From Octopus sinensis (Eukaryota), in NCBI RefSeq assembly GCF_006345805.1, contig NW_021835447.1, positions 1 through 61,869 of the forward strand: 61,869 nucleotides of DNA, in the 5' to 3' direction. This document shows, in pieces, positions 12,861-24,940 of this stretch. Positions within the stretch are counted from its first letter, which is position 1. Each line of letters starts with the position of its first letter. Position numbers and translations under genes: made by a program. The notes beneath the pieces were generated by a model, which did not search any database, was not told the origin of the DNA, and worked only from the letters and a program-made list of their open reading frames with translations.

Positions 12861-13399
12861 AGATATTACCATATCATATCATATGAAGATCTTATCGTTT
12901 TAGATGAGAAGATTTAGGATGTTTTGACGTTCAGGCTTTGCATTATGGATTTGTGGCGTAAGCGGTTTAATATCAGAAATTATGAGATTTTGTTCACTTT
13001 TCATCGGTAAAGTCATGAAGAAAAGCATGAGACTCACAGCATTTCAGCACTTCTTTTCTTAGAAAAATGAAATGCCTTTTGTTTCTGTCAAAACGATTCA
13101 GCTTCGTTTCTCTCATTCATATTTCGTTCGAATCAATATGATTAACACACGCACCCGCGCAAACACTCACATACACACACAGAAACACAGAAACACACAA
13201 ACACATAACACATAGATACATACATACACATTTACACTCACCAACAAAATATATGCTTATCCGCCCAATACATATGATATTCAAACATAACATACAAGTT
13301 TATATATAAATCTACGCATGTGTATGTATGCATGTATGCATATGCGTGTGTTTGTATGTGTGTGGATTTCGCTGGCAGCTTTTATATATGAAATAATAG

Positions 13400-13620
13400 T
13401 TGAATATTTTTCATGTATTTCTTGTTGACAAGTTTGATGGTCAGTTTCTCTGTTTTCTCTTATAATTGTATTCATTTCTAGCAGTAATTGAAAAATATAT
13501 ATAACCCAATATCATCTTTGTCTTGCCTGTCAATACAATAATCTAACATGACAATTGATTGACTGGTTATCACTCGGAATCTAGTTGAATTGTCCATCAA
13601 GTGGACACATGTTTATGATT
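13400..13620 (-). mobile_element. Very old PLE endonuclease relic
   Basis: NMCPLDGQ, RVITSQSIV and DIGLY in successive frames resemble CPLDGxC..VIY..YIGL. Confidence 0.3.
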
Positions 13621-13715
13621 TCTTTTAGTGTCGAAAAAGTCTTGTGTGCATGATTCTTGATAGAAAGTAATCTAGTTCCGGCGCTACAATTATCAAAAGT
13701 TTGCTTATAGAATCA

Positions 13716-13898
13716 GACATGGCTGAATGGTTAAAAAACTCCGCTTTGCAGTCTTGTGCTTTTTGGTTCAGTCCCACTGCGCGGTACTTTGGTGGTAGTA
13801 CTTGTAGTGGGGTTGGGGGTAAGTATCATCTACTAAAGCGCCTGGCCGACTCGTATTTTGTGAGTAAATCTGGTAGACGGAGACTGTGTGGAAACCTG

Positions 13899-13951
<53 letters not shown>

Positions 13952-14130
13952 CACACACACACATGCATACATACATATATGTATTTGTGTGTGTGTGTGT
14001 GTGAGTGTGTGTTTCTTTGTTTTTTTTTATTGTTCCCATCACTACTGCCTGATAACCGGTGTTAATTTGTTTACATCCTTATATCACAACAGTTCGGCAG
14101 AGACCGATGGAATAAGTATCAGCCTTTAAA
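13716..14130 (+). mobile_element. SINE family B with internal (CA)n/(TG)n
   Basis: GGTTCAGTCCCACTGCGCGGTACTTTGG..GTGAGTAAATCTGGTAGACGGAGACTGTGTGGAAACCTGTCGTA then microsatellite and tail. Confidence 0.8.
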
Positions 14131-14135
14131 AAGTA

Positions 14136-14259
<124 letters not shown>

Positions 14260-14450
14260 GCTAACTTACGAGACTTTCACTATATAACAGTCTGCCATTA
14301 AAAGAAGGTACGTACATGATTATCAAATATTATTATCACCCATAGCGTAGGTAATAATATTTTACCCTAGTGGAAGGTAAAAGATAAACTGCATTTCTTG
14401 CAAAGAATAACTCAGAAATGGGAAATAAAGATTTTGATAGAAGAAATATT

Positions 14451-15220
14451 CGTTTCTACTCTAGGCACAAGACCCGAAATTTTGAGGAAGGGGACCAGTC
14501 GATTAGATTGACCCCAGTACACAACTGGTACTTATTTTATCGACCCCGAAAGGATGAAAGGCAAAATCGACCTCGGCGGAATTTGAACTCTGGATGTAAA
14601 GACAGACAAATACCGCTAAGCATTTCGCCCGGCGTGCAAACGTTTCTTATTTCTTTATTACCCACAAGGGACTAAACATAGAGGGGATAAACAAGAAAAG
14701 ACAAACGGATTAAGTCGATTACATCAACCCCAGTGCGTAATTGATACTTAATTTATCGACCCTGGCAGAATTTGAACTCAGAACGTAAAGACAGACGAAA
14801 TGCCTATTTCTTTACTACCCTCAAGGAGCTAAACACTGAGAGGACAAACAAGGACAGACAAACGGATTAAGTCGATCATATCAATCCCAGTGCGTAACTG
14901 GTACTTATTTGATCGAACCCGAAAGGATGAAAGGCAAAGTCAACCACGGCGGAATTTGAACTCAGAACGTAGCGGCAGACGAAATACCTATTTCTTTATT
15001 ACCCACAAGGGGCTAAACACAGAGGGGACAAACAAGGACAGACATAGGTATTAAGTCGATTACATCGATCCCAGTGCGTAACTGGTACTTAATTTATCGA
15101 CCCTGAAAGGATGAAAGGCGAAGTCGACCTCGGCGGAATTTGAACTCACAACGTAACGCAGACGAAATACCGCTAAGCATTTCGCCCGGCGTGCTAACGT
15201 TTCTGCCAGCTCGCCGCCTT
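14451..15220 (-). mobile_element. Tetrameric SINE family A concatemer flanked by a 16-18 bp TSD
   Basis: Four units (first complete, others 5'-truncated); direct repeat TTTGATAGAAGAAATATT at 14433-14450 and 15219-15236. Confidence 0.88.
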
Positions 15221-15991
15221 TGATAGAAGAAATATTAACACATTCAAGAGATTAACGAAACACAAGCTAATTACAGAACACACTTCCAATATCTCACTTA
15301 AAGTATGAATGAGATTGCAAATACTATAAACTAAGTATCGTTTACTCTCTGGGTTCAGAGACAAATGAATATTTACAACTGAAGAAGTACCATGTTTAGC
15401 AGATATTATATTGGGTAGTTATGTGGAACTCAAGAAATTCTAAAGCAAAATTCTCAAGTCCACATTTCCGCATACAATCACCAATAGTTTGGCCTTCTGA
15501 TAAAACGACTAAAGCACTAATCTTGAAAAGTTGGAATCGAATCGATTTATTTAAACACTGCCAGAACATTCTGAGTGAAACTGTCAAACTATTTCGAAGT
15601 TTCCAGAAGTTCAATTTCTAATTTATTTTAATTGTCTGCCAGAAACAGATTTGCTACTCAGTTAGTGTACCGGATCTTGTCTAGACTGTTGAAATAAATA
15701 TTGAGAAAATGGAAGAGAAAAAGGAGCACCGCTATATGTTGTGCATGCATATTACATACATGCATGCGAGCGTTTGCGTGTGTGTATGTGTGTGTGGGTG
15801 TGTGCGTGTGTGTGTGCGTGTGTATGTGTGTGCGTGTGTGTGTTATGTATCAATAAATCTTAATCCGTAATACGGGGAGGTACCCAAATAACGCAACTTC
15901 CCTACTGCATTGATGTGTGAAAGAAATTAGTGTAACTTTATAATGTAGCTAACAAGCAATAAAGAAATGTATATCGACTCTCAGCGACAAG

Positions 15992-16237
<246 letters not shown>

Positions 16238-16240
<3 letters not shown>

Positions 16241-16459
16241 TATACAAATATTCTATAATTATAAACATTATTATAATCAGGGGTCAGCTAATTGCTTCGC
16301 CACGCACCGAATTTAGAAATAGGAATTAAAATGCCTTTTCTGCTACCATAAATATCTCTTTATGGTAGCAGAAAAAGCACTTTAACTCTTATTTTTAAAT
16401 TCAGTGCGTAGCGAAGCAATTAGCTGACCCCTGATTATAATTATAGAATATTTGTATAA
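16238..16459. mobile_element. Foldback palindrome / MITE-like element
   Basis: Arms CAGGGGTCAGCTAATTGCTTCG..CTACCATAAA (16278-16352) and the reverse complement (16359-16433) around a 6-nt loop; ATTATAAT on both sides; inverted similarity continues to 16238/16459. Confidence 0.75.
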
Positions 16460-16689
16460 TTTTACCTAAAAAGGTTATTTTAACGTACCGAACTACTCGG
16501 TAAAATTAATAATTATTGATGAATTAATTGATTAAATGATTAATTAATTTTACCCTTTTATTATTATTATTAATACACTCACACACCACACATATATATA
16601 TATATATATATACATACACGCACACACATACATGCACACGCACGCGTGCGCATATATATATATGTATGTTCAATTCAGTATCGTTATAA

Positions 16690-17060
16690 TCTGGGGTACT
16701 CTTCGACTTTTTCCAACCGAAAAGGTTTTAGAATCCAATATTTACATGTAGTTATTTATAGCCTTATGTGCTTTGAGATCCACTGTAGCAAAAAATAATT
16801 ATTTCACATTCTCTCGACAGTTTATAAACTCTTACGACTTAAACAACAATCAATTTTCGCTGATAAGAATAAAATTTCTCGAATGGACTGAGAAATTCGA
16901 GAAGTGCTTTGGTCCAATGGTAGAACGCGTGTCCTGTCAACACATGCGAGTTCGAGTCCCAAGAGCATCCTTCAACTCTTTCTCTCCAAATGTGCTTTTC
17001 ATCCCAATATTTTCATGCTGTTATTTATAGTTTTATGTACTTCGAGATACCTTGATCCAC
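16690..17060 (+). mobile_element. Tandemly reiterated tRNA(Asp)-like SINE, family D
   Basis: GGTCCAATGGTAGAACGCGTGTCCTGTC..GAGTTCGAGTCCC; tail TATTTATAG..TTATGT.CTT.GAGAT repeated at 16754 and 17022; related copy at 36430-36760. Confidence 0.5.
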
Positions 17061-17329
17061 AAAAGAAATATATATATATAATTGAGCTGCAAGTAGAGCT
17101 GATACAGAAACAATTGTAACGAATCATTAGAAATGTGTTAAAGAATTTTCTTTGTCTTATTATTGTTTGAACACACACACACACACACACACTCACACAA
17201 ACACACACACACTCTCACACACATACACACAGCTGTCTAAAAGTACATGAGTCAGAAAAAAGGTATTCATATATTGGTTACTAGGATGGCTATATTATTA
17301 TTAACAATAATATTATATTCTGATAATCA

Positions 17330-18075
17330 AACACTTCACCAATTGGTTTCCTGGAATTGAGATAATCCCGACAACCATCAGAGGAGGCTGAAAAGAAGAG
17401 TGTGGTTCTTTGCAGCTGGAAGTCTGAAAATGTCACATCCAGTCTACTGGTCTTACGGCTGTTATAAAAAAATGGGAGAAAGAGAATGAATAGCCCAGGT
17501 CAAAGGCCAGCAAGGAAAACATTTTTGTTCATTGGCATCATGCCCCTTGGATCGGGAGCAAAAAAAAGGGGGCCACCACGGTATGAGAGATATTTGCATA
17601 TAAAATGGGTTATGGGACGTGATAGAGGCGGGTTAAGTAGAGATACGGGAAGGGGCAGGGACGGGGGATTGTAGGGTAGGATTAATTTAAAATCATGTGT
17701 GATAGTGTACATGTATGTGCGTGTATGTGTATATCAAAATTTTGGCGTAGCAAGGATTATTTTAAAATTTCACATTTCGGTGAAGGAAAAATCTCATGGG
17801 AGTGCTTCAATGCTCATATTCATGGTGTAGTCGCTCAGTATGCTTGGGCTAATATTCGTTCAAAAGTGCAAGGGTGGAAAATCTCTCTCTTACAGCTGAA
17901 ATAGGTTTTTCGGGTGGAGTGATATCTTTAGTATGATCCTTATTTTTACCCAAGAAGATCCTGTACCTCCTACTGCTGTTAAACTAAGGTTTACATTTAT
18001 CCAGTATCCTCAACTTGATGTCGTAATTGGCAGTGTTTTCCATCAATATCCATAGATGCCTCGCGAGAGATGACA
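17330..18075 (-). mobile_element. PLE 3' end: endonuclease C-terminus plus pLTR with degenerate hammerhead
   Basis: LWILMENTANYDIKLRILDKCKP*FNSSRR..KREIFHPC; downstream CTGATGG..GGGATT/AATTCC..GAAA-CCAATTGG-T at 17386-17332. Confidence 0.65.
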
Positions 18076-18420
18076 TTTCGCATTTCTTTTTTTTTTTTGT
18101 GGTTAAACGAGGACTTGTGGTAGTTGAGTCTGGTTATGAAAGGAGCTTCTGTCACGCGTATTTATATAACTAACCTTTACCAAACTGCATTTTCTCTAGA
18201 ATTGTTTCTCCTATCGCTACCCTGTTACTACAAAGGAAAAAATCTAAGGTGATATAATGCACCTACAGTGTGCTACAACCTAAAGCAGATACTGCCTACA
18301 CAAATTTTTACGTTCAGAATAAATGGAGGTATAAACCATATTTAGAGGCCAAAACTAACTGAGAGGAACTCTAATTGAGTATATCTTTATTCTATCTCCG
18401 TTCTAGATATCCTTGCTATA

Positions 18421-19330
18421 TACTAGACTACCCGTGACCCGTTGGGTCGCCAACAGTTCAAAGTACCTGAAAAACTGTGTATCTCGGGAATCCGTGATCC
18501 GATATACGCGAAACTTGTTATTCCGTGTGTATTCACATTTCAATGGAACCTTACTTTCAAAGCATTTTCCCATTTTACGCCGGTTTGGCTATTTATAAAG
18601 GTACCCGAAAAAACCGCGTATCTCAGTAACCCGTAGTCCGATTTACGCAAAACTTGTTTTGTTCCGTTTGTATTCATGTGAGCATCCGATTCATGACGTC
18701 TCCTGATTTTGCCTTTCCCTCTGTTTCGTCAGACGCTCAGCTCCCCGAATGTCCGATTCCCCATCTTTTCTGATTGTCTCTTTCTCTATGTTTCACCAGA
18801 CGCTCAGCCCTTTATCAGTCTCATCGATCTTTCTATTCGCATGCCTGTCCCGATCATGGGTAAATATTTTGTAAAGGACCCGTTCGTACTTCAGTATGAA
18901 ATAATATCTTTCATTGTTTTTTTTTCTTTTCGAGTGCATTCAATATATCTCACCTCCGAACCCACCGTAAGTCACTTTCTTCCAGAAAAGAAAGTGGGGA
19001 AGGGTTGTAGGTATCTCGGAGTTTCCCACTAACGAGTTTTGTTTCGTGAGATTTTTTTTTTTTTGTTTTCCAGGTTATTTCGCATCCCTTCAACGAATGC
19101 GACATCGAAATGACGCGTAAAATGCTCTTTATTCTAGAAAAGGAAAGATCTGGCTGTTATTTCTTGTACGCCCTGCTACCAAGTAACAGCTGTTTCGAGT
19201 CCTTTGTCGAAATAATTGCTTCGTGGTAGCAGCCAAATCTTTCGAGGTGAGATACGTTGAATGCACTCGAAAAAATACTTATGGAAAAAAATGATTTCAC
19301 ACCGGGTTACGAACGGGCCTTTTACGAAAT
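18421..19330 (+). mobile_element. Probable non-autonomous Helitron/Helentron with ~140-bp internal repeats
   Basis: Starts TACTAGACTACCCGTGACCCG, ends CCGGGTTACGAACGGGC; unit GTATCTC..CCGAT.TACGC.AAACTTGTT repeated at 18478, 18618 and 19660. Confidence 0.4.
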
Positions 19331-21068
19331 ATTTACCGTACTTTTAAGGTCATTTTCACTTTTAAATATCTTTTAAATAGGCCAAAATAAAATGTTACTG
19401 TACAATCAATTTACATTTTTGAAATCACATTCACTTAAAAATATTTGTAAATGATTAAAATATTGTTTAACAAAAGCGAACATAAAAACATTAACTGTAA
19501 AAACCAACTCGTATTTTTTAGTTGGCAAGTCACTAAGACTTTTGCTTATCATAATGTGTCTAGTCAAAAGGTTAGAGTTTCTTCCCTTTCAGGGTTAAGT
19601 TATTTTCGGAGTATTTTCCCATTATGCAGCGTTTTGGGTATTTATACCCCCAAACCCCCAGTATCTCAAGAACCACGTGCCCAATTTACGCAAAACTTGT
19701 TTTTTTCAGTTTATATTCACGTTCCAGAAGGACCTTAATTCATTCTATTTTCCCATTATGCGCCAGTTTGGCTGTGTAACATTGCAAGCAAGCAAGACTG
19801 AAGTTCATTTTAAATATAATATAGATAAATATGCTCAGTAAGAAATTCTCTTCGAGTAGCTTTAGCTTCTATAAGAACGATGCTTTGGCGAACTACTACA
19901 TACTCGATAGGCTTAGAAAAAATTATTATACATACTATAGAAACCAATCTGAAAATCTGGGGGTGTACTTGTTTGCGTCTCTTGCAATGTGGTTCCCTTT
20001 TTTGTCCTTTTTTGACCTTGGTGACAACCTTGACTTCATCTAGCTCAACTTACTCGCTCTTTCGAACTCCAATGCACATGTACGGGAAGTTTGAAATCGC
20101 TACGCAAATTTGAAATTTCGAACCAAATATGTATTTGGTTATATCGATATGAAAATAAATATGAATTTATATTATGAAATAAAATAAATAAGCATTTATA
20201 AGAAAAATGTATTTTTAGAAATAAGCAAGTATATTTATTTATATATACTAGCGGGGCCCATGAATATTTCACGGAATTAATGGTGAACTTAATGGGTTAT
20301 TTCTGAAAACTTTATCCAAAAAACCTGTATCAAAAGATAGTCGCTTATCTGCTAATCATTGAAGAGTGAAGGAAATCGGAATATGATGATTACTTAATGC
20401 ATTCTATATATATATACTTAATAAACTTTATACATAGTCCTCTCCTCTTTCCCTATCATTCTTTACCTTACCCCTATTTTTCTCTCCTTTTTCTTTTGCT
20501 CTTCGATTTTAGACTTTCTTTTGCTTTCAACTAATCACGTGAAAGCATTAGAGACGGGTTAAGTAACAGAGGGAAAAACTTAGTAAAAAATCACACATTT
20601 CATTCACCACCACCTCTCTCTCCCCATCCCCTATCTCTAATCTAAAATTCCGTCGAAGTTGACATGAAGAGCATCCTCTGGCTATTTATGTTATATTTTA
20701 CCATATCGGCTGTAGGCATTTTTCGATTGCCTTTTTTGTAGCTATCTCAATTTTTTTCATTTTGAGTGACACGGTTTTGTACACTATTGTTTGCCTCTTT
20801 GTAATGTGTAGTAAATTAACTGCGGTCATGTTGGTACACCTTGAAGGATTTCAACGAACAAATCGTCTCCAATAATTAGTTTTAAGTCTAATACTTATTT
20901 TATCCGTTTCATTTGTCGAACCGGTAATTCACAAGAATGTAAATATAACAACACCAGTTGCCAAGCGGTGCGAGAGAATAAACAAAAGTAAAAAGACACA
21001 CACACACACAAACACAAGTACAAACACACACATACAAGAGCAAAGACACACACACAAGCACAAAGACA

Positions 21069-21120
<52 letters not shown>

Positions 21121-21134
21121 ATATATATATATAT

Positions 21135-21350
21135 ATTCTTTTATCCTTTTAACTTGTTTCAGCCATTTGATTGTGGCCATGCTTGAGCACCGCCGTTAGT
21201 CGAAGAAATCGACCCCAGGACTTATTCTTTGTAAGCCTAGTACTTATTCTATCGATTTCTGACTTGAACCGCTAAGTTACGGGGACGTAAAAACGCCAGC
21301 ATCGGTTGTCAAGCGATGGAGGGCAAACACGGAAACTGAAAGAAGCCCGT

Positions 21351-21384
<34 letters not shown>

Positions 21385-21594
21385 TGTGTGTGTGTGTTTG
21401 TCCCCCCCCCCCACAACATCGCTTGACAACCGATGCTGGTGTGTTTACATCCCCGTACTTAGTGGTTCGTCAAATCACACCGATAGTACTAGGCTTACAA
21501 ACAATAAGTCCTGGGGTCGATTTACTCGACTAAAGGTGGTGCTCCAGCATGGCCACAGTCAAATGACTGAAACAAGTAAAAGGATAAAAAGAAT

Positions 21595-21631
<37 letters not shown>

Positions 21632-21755
21632 AAATCCACTCACAAGGCTTTGGTCGGCCCGAGGCTATAGCAGAAAGTACTCACACAAGGTGTCACGCAG
21701 TGGAACTGAACCCAGAACCAAGTGGTTAGGAAGCAAGCTCCTTACCACACAACCA
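21135..21755 (-). mobile_element. SINE family B with a second, opposite-strand family B copy nested at 21325-21592
   Basis: Minus tail 21135-21320, plus body and tail 21325-21592, minus head 21630-21755. Confidence 0.85.
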
Positions 21756-21848
21756 CATATATATATTAGTAATAGCAATAATAATAATCCTTGGATGTAA
21801 TTTATAAATATTCTAATGCCTTGCTACGGGCATTTCCATAAAATAAAT

Positions 21849-22045
21849 GTTTCTTAAGATCATAGTCCGTATTTTTGGGACGATTACAGCACAATCCGTA
21901 GTATCCATGGTCATCGGGTACATCATGTTTGTGCATTCATTTCTTCAGACGAAATGAATGCATGAAGATAATCTACTAGATGTTCATGGATACTATGGAC
22001 CGTACTATAATCATCACGGGAATACGAATTATGTTCTTTAGAAAC
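21849..22045. repeat. Degenerate ~200-bp foldback
   Basis: GCATTCATTTC/GAAATGAATGC around a 7-nt loop; TCCGTAGTATCCATG/CATGGATACTATGGA; outer GTTTCT.AAGA.CATA..CGTATT arms. Confidence 0.75.
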
Positions 22046-22308
22046 GTGATTTGTGGAAACGTGCATAGTGATGCATTTGACTGTTTATAAATTCCACCCA
22101 GGGATTACTACTACTAACTACTACTACTACTACTAACTACTACTACTAACTACTACTACTTCTGCTGCTGCTGCTGCTATATCTATGCTACATTATTTTG
22201 GCACAGCTCGGTACGACGCTAAAAACTGGTATTGCCAGATTCTATATACATATTCTAAACGCTTCCCGTAAACGAACTTAAAGGATGTGTGTGTGTGTGT
22301 GTGTGTAT

Positions 22309-22786
22309 GATAATTAGTCGGTTGCTATAATAAAACTCAGTGTTTCGGATGTCGGGGCGGAAACCTGCTCCGGCATCTCATCAGTTAAGACAAACAAAAA
22401 TGCTCGTTAAATAAAGGGAAATTACTCGAATAGGGAGAAGTAAAATTACTCAAAGAAGTTAATACCACGCTCATAGAATCCGCATATGCGCGCATGTACA
22501 TACATACACATGCGCGCATGCACACCCACGTGCATGCGCGTATACGCGGATTCTATGAGTGTGGTTTTACCTTTTAGTAATTTTACTTTCTCCCTATTCG
22601 GGCAATTTCCTTTTATTTAACAGTCATTCTTATAGCTCTTTTGTTTATCTTAATAACGGCCATCTTCATAGTAATTTCCCTTTATTTAACGGTCATTTTC
22701 ATAGCATTTTAGTTTGTTGACGAGATGCCGGAGCAGACTTCTGCCCCGTCATCCGAAACTTTTATTATGGCAATCGACTAATTGTC
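22309..22786. mobile_element. Foldback element with an outward-facing hammerhead in each arm (inverted PLE pLTR pair)
   Basis: Arms 22309-22496 and ~22533-22786. Left, minus strand: CTGATGA-GATGCCGGAGCAGG..CCGCCCCGACATCC-GAAA-CACTGAG-TT. Right, plus strand: TTGACGA at 22717-22723, same stem II, GAAA 22755-22758. Confidence 0.78.
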
Positions 22787-22883
22787 ACTTATTATATTAT
22801 AGATAAATTCCTCTATTTACATAATATCGAGTCCCATTCATTCTTTTGTTGTCATATTATTATTAGTAATATATATATACATA

Positions 22884-23653
22884 TTGGGTTGGCAACTAAG
22901 TTTTTAAATTTAACTTTTTTTAAGGCTTAATAAAAAAACTAACAACTAATTAATCAATAATGTACTCACCCTTGTTGTTTACAACTTCTTCCCAACGTTC
23001 AACAAGATTTTCAATACCTCGTTGGTAGAAATCACCCGATTTCGACAAGAAAGATTGATCCAACCAAGCTCTCAATTCTGCATCAGTACTGAACGAAACT
23101 CCGCGCATAGCATTTGAAAGAGATCCAAAGAGTACGATGGGTGTGGCAGCACTTCCCAGTCATGCGTTTGAATGGCTTCCTTTGTCATATCGGCGATATG
23201 AGGGCGGGCGTTGCCGCGCAGCAGAAGAACTCCATGCTGCCGATTAGGACTTTTCTCTTGAATAGCCGTGTTGAGTCGTTTCATCTGTTGAACATAGAGT
23301 TCCGCGTTAAACCGTTTGGTTCCGTTCAAGCAATTCGTAATGGATAATCTCTTCCCAGTCCCACCTTACGTACAACATCATTTTACGCGGATGAAGATCT
23401 TGTTTCACGCGCGGTGTCGCTTGTTTACTGGGGCTAAGCCATTCCTTACGCTGCTTCATATTGATGTACAGGCACCATTTTTCGTCGCCAGTAACGATAC
23501 GGTAAAGAAATAAAGCAAAAGGAAGGAGGTGTCGAAAATGCTCGCTTTTCTTAACTTGACATTCCATTTTAATGATCTGAAAATAAACAAAAATTAAGAA
23601 AAACAAAATAAATTCCAAAATTTAAAGAAAACGGCGGGAACTTAGTTGCTGAC

Positions 23654-23657
<4 letters not shown>
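22884..23657 (-). mobile_element. Internally deleted mariner (mellifera-like), both TIRs present
   Basis: TIRs TTGGGTTGGCAACTAAGTT / AACTTAGTTGCTGACCCAA, TA on each side; MECQVKKSEHFRHLL (ATG 23567) joined directly to RIVTGDEKW, so the HTH is lost; GNARPH..HPSYSLDL. Confidence 0.93.
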
Positions 23658-23710
<53 letters not shown>

Positions 23711-23724
23711 CACATATGCAGACA

Positions 23725-23880
23725 CACCTATATACGACGGTCTTTCACTCAGTTTCCGTCAATCAAATTCTCTCACGAGGCGTTGGTCGGCCTGGGACTA
23801 TAGTAGAAGGCACTTGTCCAATATGTCTTGCAGTGAGACTGAACCCGGAACCATGCGGTTGGGAGGCAAACACAGCCATT
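23725..23880 (-). mobile_element. SINE family B 5' half
   Basis: Reverse complement of GGTTCCGGGTTCAGTCTCACTGC..GGACAAGTGCCTTCTACTATAGTCCCAGGCCGACCAACGCC. Confidence 0.75.
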
Positions 23881-24489
23881 TATCAATTTATATTTCGAGG
23901 TTATCTCCCATCTCCTTTCTTTACCAGAATAACATTAAGGTAAGGTTTTCTTTCTCTTCAATGAATTAAAAGTTCGCAACTCATTACATTACATTACAAA
24001 CCCAGTTTACTCTGCTGTACTTAGTCGAGTTTTTCACCCGAAACCTACCCGATACAGATTTGAATTATCACAAAGCATAGCCTTCAGGGTCATAAAAGCG
24101 CTTATATCACTGTGCTCTGCTAAATTGAGAACGCACGCATACACAAAAAAACAACATGTGAACGCACGCGCCTATGTATGTGTATGTATGTGTGGAGAGA
24201 GTGAAAAAGGGAGAGAGAGAGAGAGATTTTATGTCTCATCAGGGACGAAGAATATACACATAAATAATTAATAAATAAGAAAATAAATATACAAACGTCC
24301 TTATTTATAGATAAGAGTGGTTGCTAATTTAATAAATAATCCATAGCGGAAGTATAAAATTAACTTTATTTATTTTTATCCTCTGGCATAAAAAAAAAAT
24401 GAAGAAAAAAAAAGAGGTAACAACGTTGAAATTTTCTGACCTCTATATATATCGTAATTAAGTTCTGTACAAACGCAGAAAATAATCTA

Positions 24490-24691
24490 TCTAGCTGTCA
24501 GCCATTTCTCTCTTTCTCTCTCGCTCTGTCTGTCTGTCTGTCTGTCTTTTCTCCCCCACCCTCTCTTTCTCTTTCCCTCTCTCTCTCTTTCTCTCCCTCT
24601 CTCACTCTCTTTCTCCCACCTCTGTGTGCGTGTGTGTGTGTGCATGCGTGTGTCCATGTATGTATATATGTATATATGTATATATGTATGC

Positions 24692-24739
<48 letters not shown>

Positions 24740-24940
24740 CATGCATACATACATATATATATATACATTCATATGTATGTATAAGTATATGTATGTATGT
24801 ATGTCTATACACACACACACACACATATATATAGAGAGAGAAATAGATAGATAGATGTGTGTGTGCCTGTGCGAGCGTGTGTACATGTACGAACACGTGT
24901 GCATGTGTATGTATGTGTGAGTGTGTGTATGTGCGTGTGT
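24490..24940. repeat. Compound (CT)n/(TCTG)n/(TG)n/(TA)n/(CA)n microsatellites
   Basis: Directly visible. Confidence 0.93.

Noticed and set aside
16331-16390. Central hairpin followed by GAAA in the 16238-16459 foldback read as a hammerhead
   Set aside because: The position of the CTGANGA core is occupied by CCTTTTC, simply the reverse complement of the other arm
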